Assembly (NCBI GenBank): GCA_964016885.1
Contig: OZ024746.1
Coordinates: forward strand, 37,572,001 to 37,636,000
DNA length: 64,000 nt
Reading direction: 5' to 3'
DNA from: Eledone cirrhosa
Taxonomy: Eukaryota
Positions 54,499 through 64,000 of the stretch are shown one piece after another; within the stretch, counting starts at the first letter, position 1, and every line of letters begins with the position of its first letter. The notes beneath the pieces were generated by a model that made no database searches, was not told the origin of the DNA, and saw only the letters and a program-made list of their open reading frames with translations. The position numbers and the translations under genes were made by a program.

Positions 54499-57139
54499 TG
54501 ACAGTAGCACAGAAATTACAGAAATAAGGGAAAGTAATAGGATTAAAAGGAGAAGGGAGACTAAGGACAAAGAGAATAACCAAGACGAACACACAGACAC
54601 ACAAAATAGGGTAGATAACAACAATGAGCCAGTGGAAAGAGACAGGAGTAATTATGAGACACATAGAAACAACCATGAGGCTGTTGGTGGAAATAGAAAT
54701 AGAAACAACACAACTAACAATAACAATAGCACTAGTACACATAAAGCAGCAGCCTGGAACTCTCCGTTTTATAATCCCTCCGATAAATCATTCGACCTGC
54801 GACGAGTCCACGCCACGACTTTACCATTTAACAAACGCACGCAATTGCCGTCGCAGGTCGATGAACAAACAGAAGCACAATTTAGTATAGCTAGATCCGA
54901 ACTTAGAAATATTATAGAACAGTATAGCAAGAAGCATAATAGAATGGAGGCCCAGCAACTGGGAGAAAAATCTGCAAATGGCTTGCGTAAGCTCATTCAG
55001 CGCTCACGTAATGGAGAGATAGCATGCTTTCCAACAGACAAGTCTGGCAGAATGTCGGTTGACAGCCTGCCAAACTACATCCAGGCAATGCAACCCCACA
55101 TCACTAACACAAGAGAGGTAACACCACCGGAGCATGAGGATAGAGAAAAAACCCTCAATGCCCATATGGTGATGTGGACGAATATAATGCAGCCCAACAA
55201 AAGGACTGCCAACAACTTCCATGCCTGGAACAATGACGTGCCGGCGCTGTATGGGCTTCGAAAAGACCATAAAACGTTATGTGACCCTGTCGCGGGACCA
55301 CCAACACGGCCAGTCTGTGAAGCTAACATTGCTAGTAACTACAAACTGTCCTACTTCCTCTGCCTGATCATACGCCCCATCATTGAAATGTCCCCAGGTG
55401 TATGTGACAGCACGGAGGACCTCCTCGGCAGAATCGGCGTGAGTAACCGATCTGCGGACCTAACAAACTGCATAATAGGCAGTATGGATGTTGTGTCCCT
55501 GTATCCATCTATTGACGTGGATTTTGCTGTGGAGAAATGCGTAGAAATGATCAGTGAGTGCGAGGTTGAGATCCGTGGGATTGATACCAGTGAGCTGGGA
55601 CTTCTACTTAAGCTTACCTATAGTAATAATTACCTAGACACATATGACCTTAGCAACCTGTGCCCTACAAGACCAGCAAGAGGCAGACCACCTACCATTA
55701 CCTCAATGGCCAAGAAAACCCACACAGATAGATGGAACGGGTGGACCAGAGCCATACGGACACCAGAAAACCACGATGAACTGAAGAAAATGATTGCACA
55801 TGCGATAGGGGCCAGCATAAAACTAACCCCTAAGGAACATATGTTCAAATTTAATGGAAAAACATATGCCCAAGAGGAAGGAGCAGCCATTGGTGTTAGC
55901 ATTGCAGGCGACATAGCTAACTTATTCATGGTATGGTGGGACAGTAGACTTAAACTTAAACTTAAAGAACAATTAGAAGACCCCTTAACCCTGATAATGT
56001 ACTCCCGCTACGTAGATGATATAAACATCGTAGTTAAGACACCACCACTAGAGAACAGTCAGGAACTAGAGAAAAACACAATGGAAAGCATCCACCAAAT
56101 AGCAAACTCCATCCACCAGAGCATTAGGATTACTATAGACTACCCAAGTAGACACCCCAACCATCGATTACCTGTACTAGACACAGAGCTCTGGTTAGAT
56201 ACCATTAACAACAAAAAACAAATCCTCCTTTCCCATTATGCCAAACCCATGACTTCCAAACATCTGATCCACCGAAACTCGGCCATTTCGGACCATACCA
56301 AAATCAACATGCTGATTGCGGATTTGGTACGGGTGATGAGAAATGTGTCCCGCATGTGCAACCCCGAAGAACTAGAGAGACACATACAACACTTCATCCA
56401 CCGTATGCAGTTCTCTGGCTACAATCAGAGGGATAGAATCAGAGTGTATAGAGGAGCCAGAACCAAATGGGAAAAAATGGTAAATAATGACATAAATGGG
56501 ACCCGCCCCTTGTATAGGAGCAAATTTTGGAATAGAATAGAAAGAACTAGGAACAAAGCTAATAGAATAAACTCATGGTATGATAGCAATAAATACCAGA
56601 GTGTAATGTTCATCGATACAACCCCTAGAGGCGAACTAGCCTACAAATTTAGAAGGGCCCTAAATAAACATAAACTCAATATTAAGATAGTAGAAAGACC
56701 AGATACCTCCGTAAAAACACTTATTAGCAAGACATACCCTTTTCAAAGACCCTCATATATAGATAAGAAATGTATAACCTGTAAAATAAGCCCCCATATT
56801 AACTGTAAAACTAGAAATGTAGTGTATAGCATAAGATGTATTGAAGGACAATATAGAGACAAAAATATAGTGTACATAGGTGAGACAGCTCGTAGTATAG
56901 GGGAACGGATAAATGAACACTGGCGAGACCTTCAAGATAATAAAGAATCGTCTGTACTCTACCAACATGCTAACATAGAAGACAAGGGTAAATTAGAGAA
57001 CATAGAAATAAAAATAGAATCTACACACAGAAAAGATGCAATGTTTAGACAAATTACAGAGGCAATAAACATAAAAGAATCACAACCAAAATTAAATAGA
57101 AAATATGAGTGGAACAGCAACATCACAACTTACAATTAA
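54443..57139 (+). CDS. PLE reverse transcriptase / GIY-YIG endonuclease, 898 aa (frame open from 54125)
   Basis: PTDKSG, LYGLRKDHK, TRPV, GSMDVVSLYPSI, long RT insertion CPTRPARGRPPTIT, QEEGAAIG, YVDD, LPVLD, CITC..C..NVVYSIRC..YIGETAR..ERINEH. Confidence 0.93.
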   Translation: MHLTTTTILTNTQTQKTSNDSSTEITEIRESNRIKRRRETKDKENNQDEHTDTQNRVDNNNEPVERDRSNYETHRNNHEAVGGNRNRNNTTNNNNSTSTHKAAAWNSPFYNPSDKSFDLRRVHATTLPFNKRTQLPSQVDEQTEAQFSIARSELRNIIEQYSKKHNRMEAQQLGEKSANGLRKLIQRSRNGEIACFPTDKSGRMSVDSLPNYIQAMQPHITNTREVTPPEHEDREKTLNAHMVMWTNIMQPNKRTANNFHAWNNDVPALYGLRKDHKTLCDPVAGPPTRPVCEANIASNYKLSYFLCLIIRPIIEMSPGVCDSTEDLLGRIGVSNRSADLTNCIIGSMDVVSLYPSIDVDFAVEKCVEMISECEVEIRGIDTSELGLLLKLTYSNNYLDTYDLSNLCPTRPARGRPPTITSMAKKTHTDRWNGWTRAIRTPENHDELKKMIAHAIGASIKLTPKEHMFKFNGKTYAQEEGAAIGVSIAGDIANLFMVWWDSRLKLKLKEQLEDPLTLIMYSRYVDDINIVVKTPPLENSQELEKNTMESIHQIANSIHQSIRITIDYPSRHPNHRLPVLDTELWLDTINNKKQILLSHYAKPMTSKHLIHRNSAISDHTKINMLIADLVRVMRNVSRMCNPEELERHIQHFIHRMQFSGYNQRDRIRVYRGARTKWEKMVNNDINGTRPLYRSKFWNRIERTRNKANRINSWYDSNKYQSVMFIDTTPRGELAYKFRRALNKHKLNIKIVERPDTSVKTLISKTYPFQRPSYIDKKCITCKISPHINCKTRNVVYSIRCIEGQYRDKNIVYIGETARSIGERINEHWRDLQDNKESSVLYQHANIEDKGKLENIEIKIESTHRKDAMFRQITEAINIKESQPKLNRKYEWNSNITTYN

Positions 57140-57247
57140 GGACAAAATGAAAACACACACACACATAGAACAAACAACCAACCAGTAACATGTAAATAAG
57201 TAAATAAATAAACAAATAGATAAATGAACATAAATACACACAGACAC

Positions 57248-57305
57248 CCGGATGTGGCGCATGCGCAGACTGAGCACACAACACACACACAGAAACAAAA
57301 TGGCG
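57248..57305 (+). promoter_or_regulatory. Candidate pLTR Pol II promoter motifs (ETS-, NRF1- and YY1-like)
   Basis: ccggatgt 57248, gcgcatgcgc 57257 and caaaatggcg 57296, just upstream of the HHR; motif match only. Confidence 0.45.
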
Positions 57306-57351
57306 TAGGACAGAACAAAGGAGAGGCACAGAAACAAGGAAAGGAATCCCC

Positions 57352-57396
57352 AGTCACTGAAGAGGTCACAGAGTGTGTGACGAAAGGACTATGACT
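57352..57396 (+). ncRNA. Minimal hammerhead ribozyme in pLTR
   Basis: agtca-CUGAAGA-ggtcaca gagtg tgtgac-GAAA-ggac-UA-tgact. Confidence 0.9.
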
Positions 57397-57674
57397 ATAT
57401 ATAAACAACTATCTGGTTGTGGAACCAACCAACCAGAAATTTATAAATTTATAAACTTGTAAATTTATAAATATATAATAAATTGAAGTGAAAGCTACTG
57501 GTGTGTGTGTTTCTTATTGGCAACATGACCCTCCCAAAGTATAACAATATATATATATATGTATATATATATATAGGAGAAAGTATGACCCCGACGGCAG
57601 AGTTCAAGCCGTTTCGACAGCTATTTCTGGACTATATATATATACGTACACACCCCATATATATATATATATAT

Positions 57675-58045
57675 TATATACAATGATATTAAATAAATGG
57701 AAACTATATTTATAAAACCATATTTATTTCATATATATCATATAAATCATACTTTATCGGTTGGATATTCTTTGGATATCCAAAGAATATCCAACCGATA
57801 AGGTATGATTTTCATGGGTATGTCTCTATTCATAAAAGAAACTTTGTATTTTATCTGAGGAAAGCGTACCAATGTGTTTTGGTACCCTTGAAATATATAT
57901 AATAAAATAGAAAATGGTTTTATAAATATAGTTTCCATTTATTTAATATCATTGAATATTTCCTCCAGTAACATGCTGAGTGCTCTAAATCAGTTATAAA
58001 CATTTATATTTGTCGGACATCCAACAGATTAAATACCCTTTCTAC
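57675..58045. mobile_element. Head-to-head pLTR pair (family of 14263-14668)
   Basis: 57681-57735 is inverted at 57897-57954. Confidence 0.8.
57847..57909 (+). ncRNA. Type I hammerhead ribozyme
   Basis: tattttat-CUGAGGA-aagcgtacca..tggtaccctt-GAAA-tatata-UA-ataaaata; perfect 8-bp stem I. Confidence 0.88.
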
Positions 58046-58070
58046 TTATATATATTATATATATATATAT

Positions 58071-58245
58071 AATAGGCTGCCGAAAACACACCAAATGAAT
58101 GGCTAAATAAGGATATGTTCTACCATAGTCCCTGGAGGAATCCATTTAGTTATTAATAAGAAGCCTTATAATTAATGCATGTTAGATTTCACAGTTCTAG
58201 CATCACTCCTTCATAGTCACCGTATGAACATTTAAGTCGACCCTC

Positions 58246-58246
<1 letters not shown>
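58071..58246 (-). mobile_element. Tc1/mariner-like terminal segment
   Basis: Ends ttaagtcgaccctcg|TA; inverted homologue of 42100-42274. Confidence 0.65.
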
Positions 58247-58297
<51 letters not shown>

Positions 58298-58769
58298 CAA
58301 ATGAATCCATATATTCATTAATAGAGCCTCATTAATAGCCGTCAACTCACTACAGTATATGTTAAAATACATAACAAAACAAATTACACCGTTATTTCCT
58401 TAGAAGTAATAATTTCCTGTGAAATATTGGGAGGCTGTTCATTTACAAAATTAAACGGGCATAACCGTCAAGGCAAGGTCAGTGTAAATTCTATCCGAGA
58501 GAAAAGAAAATGTATCGTAGAGAGATAGGATAACATAAGTGTAGAATACTGAAATCAAACTCTACATTCGTAGTATGCACCATTATTTTAAACGAGGACG
58601 GCTTGAAATGTCAAATTCCTTTTGAAATAATCAAATGAAGTGTAATATACGCTACATCATACGATATCCAATAAGCAAATACTTCATCTAATGTTATGTA
58701 TCTACGAAGTATGATGACGTATTTGAAAGAATAATATAGATTATCATCATTGCGACTCCAATCGAACAT

Positions 58770-59450
58770 TGCTTACAAAGTCACTCTCCACAATTCACGA
58801 TTTTCAATTTTCCCTGGTAATTATTCCATACTGAAGAATATTCGAGCAGATCTTCATCAATTGTTACCATTAGCTGGTTCCAACAATATTAGCTTGTGTA
58901 GAATGCCCTGCTTACCTTCTCAGCAATGTCCTGTCAATCTCAACCGTCTTAGTATAAACTTATTTTTGCAACAATATAGTAGATGTTTTAATGAGAATTT
59001 TGTGTCTGATTTGTAGCAAAAAGTTAGATAAAGTTAACTTTTTATCACATATAATAGTACGTTCAGAATTGGATGTAGGTATGATTAACTCATGTTATTT
59101 ATTAACTTAATCTTTTAAAACATAATCGCATAGGCATAGAGGAAGTATTTATGAAGTCCTGTCAAACTATTCTCCCTGCCTATGGTTTTCAGTGATTATT
59201 TACTGTTGCTAATTCCCAGGAGTTTCATTTGTGACACATGGAATTAATTCTGAAACACGTTAATTTCAGCTTGATGATGACAGAAGATCATTAATCTCTA
59301 CCCAAATCCTGTTGTTAAGAGTCTTATTGATTCTGCCCATTTCCTTTCTTTTTATTGAATTCAGTGAAGCATTTCCACATTCACCACCTCATTAGAAGAG
59401 AGGAAATGCAGAAAGTATGTTTCAGTGAACAATTATTTAGAAATAACTGT
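58770..59450 (-). mobile_element. Possible decayed RTE LINE remnant
   Basis: Reverse complement fragments DIAEKVSRA and ENRELWR. Confidence 0.3.
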
Positions 59451-59729
59451 TTAGTTTCAAATACACATGACAGAAACTATCAATACATGACAAAAACTAT
59501 CATTTCTTTATCTTGCAGTCTCAAGGTCTCACTGCTCAATCGAGTATATTATCAAACAAACCTCCTCTTTTCATCTGAAAATTCTTCCTGGTATTCTTTT
59601 CCTTTTACTCCAATAAAAAATCCATATTTCTATCTCATAAACAGCATTAGCTTAATTAGAAGAGACAATCAGGAGTGTTATTTTAATATAGGTATTAACA
59701 GAGCACATGGCAATAGACCATTTCTATAA

Positions 59730-60330
59730 CGCGAAGGTGGAACAGTGAGAACTATGGCAAGTGTTCTAGGAAATAAAGAAAGGAAAAGTGTTCGATATGC
59801 TCGATTCAGATCACGTAGACGGTCTGTCAAGGATCCCTCTCTAACTCTTTCCTCAGCCGACTGACGAAATATTAGTTATAGAATTTCATGGTTTCCTGCT
59901 CGAAATTCATCATCAAAGGGCTGCATCACTATATGTAGAGGACGTAAACGTACATTGGGATGGTCGGAAACTTCTTAGAGGAATATGAAAGTTTGCCGAG
60001 AGTAAAACCAAATAGGGAATCAGAGTCAGTGGATTTACAAGTCAGGACCTGGTCAGGCAAATCCATACCGTACAACAGCGTCGAGAAACGCTTGCCGGAC
60101 TGGCCGTTGAATTTGCTCGGGATCGGGTTTGGACCATACCTCCATATGGATGAGAACTGTGACAATGTAAAGAGCAGATTAATCAAACTCCCCCAGAAAT
60201 ATGCCGAGGAGAAATTGTCCCTGAAATGTCGGGAGTGATGGCGAACACGTACATCGTTTGTGATTATTCTCAAACATATGTTGAGGCAACAAACCAACAG
60301 ACATTCCAAAAAGGTGTACAAATGATCACC
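59730..60330 (+). mobile_element. Decayed L1/Tx1-clade LINE RT remnant
   Basis: VCQGSLS, SLYVEDVNV (~YADDV), then ORF 59960 LEEYE..KPNRE..W..LNLLGIGFG..ENCDNV..LSLKCR. Confidence 0.65.
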
Positions 60331-60534
60331 TCCATATTTGGGGATATTATTGTAATCAATTTGTTTGTTAAGTGTTAGCTGTTAACTTTTTAACACAGTT
60401 TCAAGCTGTCCTTACTGTTCGTATTTTCATATATGATTCGGCCCTAGTGGTCAATAACTTAATATTTATTTATTGGTAGACAAGTACGTAGGTATGTAGC
60501 AGCATCAGCAGTGGTCTTTCTAGTAGTAGTGATA

Positions 60535-60547
60535 TTACTACTACTAC

Positions 60548-60579
<32 letters not shown>

Positions 60580-60650
60580 AATACTGCTGCTACTACTACT
60601 ACTAATACTACCACTACTGCTGCTGGGGCTGCTGTTACTACTACTACTAT

Positions 60651-60703
<53 letters not shown>

Positions 60704-60752
60704 AATACTGCTAATACTAATGCTGCTCTACTACTACTACTATTACTACCAC

Positions 60753-60785
<33 letters not shown>

Positions 60786-60846
60786 TACTGCTACTACTAC
60801 TACTACTACTACTACTATTACTACTACTACTACTACTACTACTACT
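60535..60846. repeat. (TAC)n/(TGC)n compound trinucleotide repeat
   Basis: Seen directly. Confidence 0.95.
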
Positions 60847-61247
60847 ATACCGCTGCAATTTATGTCTTAATACGCACGTGCTTACATATGGAAAACCAGC
60901 ATCTTACTTATTTTTGTTTTTAGCTTTTCCAATATTGTGAGTAGTAACAAATAATTTACAATCAATGATATTTTATCTTTCATGTTAATATGCATCATCT
61001 TATGCTATTATTTAAATCTAGAAGCACAATAAAAGTATAGAAAATATGATTGAAAACGGTATTTGAATAAAAAAAAATGTACACGGTAATTGTTTCACTG
61101 AAGTTTCAACTATCAATTATGATTCTCATGATACACAATTTCATTCATATAGTTACAGCATATAATGCCTTGTATCTCTCATACACACACATACGCATAC
61201 CACTATACACACTCTCATCCACCCATATATATATATATATATATACG

Positions 61248-61280
<33 letters not shown>

Positions 61281-61353
61281 AATATATATACTTATATATA
61301 TATATATACATATATACGTATATATATATATATATAAATAGTATCCTTAATAC

Positions 61354-61384
<31 letters not shown>

Positions 61385-61397
61385 AATTGTTATATAA

Positions 61398-62248
61398 TCT
61401 ATCTATCTAAGGCGGGTAAAATTCCCGAGATCCATGGACGAGTTCTCTCCAGCGGTCTCTGTCCCTCATTATCGCTGCCATGTCCTGCATCTCCAACAGA
61501 CCAGTGTCTGTCCTTAGGGCATCAACATACGTTAACCTTGGACTTCCTCTTCTAGTGTGTCCATGTAGGGGCTCCCAAAGGAGCACTGCGTGCAATGTCA
61601 ACTCTGGATGTCGGTGAGCATGTCCAGCCAACCTCAGTCTCCTCTGTGTCACTTTTGAGCTGACTTTTGGGATGCTCCCATACAGCTCTGAGTTTTTCAT
61701 CCTCAGTATATACTGATTAATGTTCAGAGCCATCCTCAGCATTCTCGTGTAGCACCCATCCACCATCTGAGTGAGTTTCTTTGTCAGTGTCCAAGTCTCA
61801 GACCCATACAGCAGCACAGACTCCACTACAGCAATAAAGAGGCGGATTTTTTTAGGTCTCTACGAAGGTCCGACTTCCACACCGATCTCAAGCTGTGGCA
61901 CGCCGCCCAGGCCTTGCTTTTCCTCTCAACCACATCATCTTCCGTATTCCCAATCTTTGCTCCCAAATACAGGAAGTCCTCAACCAATTCCAGCGGCTTC
62001 CCGCCTACATTAGTGATCCCCTCTGGCTTCTCAACATTCTCTACCAGATATTTTGTCTTAGTCTCATTCAATCTCAGCCCCACGCTCATCGACACAGTCT
62101 CAACCTCCCGCATCAAATCCTCTGCCTCCTTCACTGTATTTGTCACCAAAACTATGTCGTCGGCAAATTCAGCATCCGATACCTTTTTCGCCCTAACTCT
62201 CCTGCTCTGAGCCGGTGCTACAGTAAAGCCAGAGTCGTGGTGTTTCTC
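61398..62248 (-). mobile_element. 5'-truncated RTE-clade LINE, fairly young, one frameshift near 61850
   Basis: EFADDIVL, GLRLNETKTK, VEDFLYLGA, ESVLLYGSETW, RRLRLAGH, DRDRWR; short (TAGA)n tail. Confidence 0.92.
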
Positions 62249-62279
62249 ATATATATATGTATGTGTGTATGCTTGTGTA

Positions 62280-62327
<48 letters not shown>

Positions 62328-62330
62328 CTT

Positions 62331-62404
<74 letters not shown>

Positions 62405-63517
62405 ATACACACACACACACACATATATACATATATTTACACCTGTCTATATGTGGCGATAAATTATATGTGTGTGTTTATGTTTCTGCATTGACCAGGC
62501 ATCTGAAGCAAGGATACTTTCTCACTAAGTGAGCAGCAAAAACTGTCACGGATTATACAGTGGAATTCATTACCTAAATGTACGGAATACATAAAATATT
62601 GCATTTCTTTCAAAGTTCCAACGTTTATGCCAAACCATGACCTGAACTTGTAGTCACTTTATAGAAATCTGTAATGCTAGTCTTGCTGCCGTTATTGATT
62701 AAACTATTTGCATCATAAGAATTGATTGTTTTAACATCAGTTTTCTCTACAATTTTCAATCTGTGATTGAAGGGTTAGATGTTTCTATTTATTTAATTGT
62801 CATATTGTCTCCTCGATATCAGCATTTGTGTTTCCAAAAAAAAATAGTGTTTTGTTTCTGTTCGTTTCATTATTCCTGCCACGCTTGCAATATAATAAAT
62901 ACTTTTCATTATGGCTAAGTGACGAGTCTTTTACTGTGGCGTTTCAGATAAGTCAACATGTCTATCATTAAATTGAAGACGGCTGACAAGAATGGAATAC
63001 ATAACACAAAATCTTACGCATCCATACATTTAATTTATTCTTTCATAAAATAAAGTTCAAACAGAAAATAGACTACTATAAACATGTCATAAAAACAGCG
63101 TAAATAATTATTACTGTTTGGCAATTAGCTCGTAAGTTAACTTGTCTGTAAGTTACTCCAAAATGAGTTTTATTGAAAATTGCAAAAGAAATAAGATTGT
63201 TAAACACAACAAATGGATGTCGAACAAAATTAATCTCAATTATTTCATAGCTTTATCCAAAATATTAACATAAACAGGATGAATTTAAAAAAAATATAGA
63301 TGATATTGAACAACAAAAGGTTTATTTTTTATAACATTGAAGACATTATAAACGCACAAACTTAAGGAAACTAATAGAAAATAAAACTTTGTATCGAATT
63401 AGTTATTCGATTAATATTTTAAAAGAGTTATATTTATGAGATTAAAAAAATATATGTTTACTGAAAAGTCGTTGCATAACTTTCTCTAAACACAGACACA
63501 GACACGCAGACACACAG

Positions 63518-63596
<79 letters not shown>

Positions 63597-63715
63597 GAGA
63601 GAGAGAGAGAGAGATTTAGAATTTAGCGTTACCTGCCAGTGTGTTATTCATAGCTATGGCTTTCTGAATGTTTATTTATAAATATACCGTATTCCTTTAG
63701 AAATAGGAAATTCGA

Positions 63716-63879
<164 letters not shown>

Positions 63880-63952
63880 TTATTCGTTGGGCGTATCATG
63901 CAGCCAATAAAGACACATGCACCTGTTGGATTTTATTTTAATTTATATATAG

Positions 63953-63991
63953 TCAAAGCTCTTTCGTCACATTCTGTGATCTCCTCAGTGA
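63953..63991 (-). ncRNA. Minimal hammerhead ribozyme in a pLTR end (63880-64000) related to the Naiad-like family
   Basis: Reverse complement reads tca-CUGAGGA-gatcaca gaa tgtgac-GAAA-gagc-UU-tga. Confidence 0.75.
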
Positions 63992-64000
63992 GCGATATCT

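Larger units (their letters stand above)
49392..57548. mobile_element. 8.2-kb head-to-head pair of near-full-length Naiad-like PLEs in (TA)n
   Basis: (-) arm 49392-53371, (+) arm 53383-57548. A partial pLTR at 53383-53515 precedes the coding region. Confidence 0.92.

Noticed and set aside
59929-60321. Host exon (130-aa minus-strand ORF)
   Set aside because: Antisense shadow of a decayed L1/Tx1 RT on the plus strand.

Overview
AT-rich, (TA)n/(CA)n-saturated animal intergenic or intronic DNA; the SINE and repeat content suggests an octopod cephalopod (inference). I found no convincing host exon, and nearly all listed ORFs are microsatellite artefacts. The window is dominated by Penelope-like retroelements (PLEs; RT + GIY-YIG) and non-coding relatives, almost all inserted in (TA)n, and most built as two head-to-head arms with both 3' ends facing outward. 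Read as RNA, these elements carry more than 20 type I hammerhead ribozyme (HHR) motifs from about 12 families. Three families are non-coding, tandem or circularly permuted monomers of about 591, 465 and 325 nt with one HHR per unit, i.e. retrozyme-like candidate circular-RNA retroelements. The 591-nt family has a compensatory U3-A8 catalytic core in all six complete copies. Also present: an 8.2-kb palindromic Naiad-like PLE pair (898-aa RT-EN ORF), a 5.3-kb non-coding palindrome, a second PLE lineage interrupted by a SINE, tRNA-derived SINEs with TSDs, and decayed RTE, Tx1/L1, Gypsy, Helitron and mariner remnants. All RNA structures were paired by eye and none is experimentally tested.
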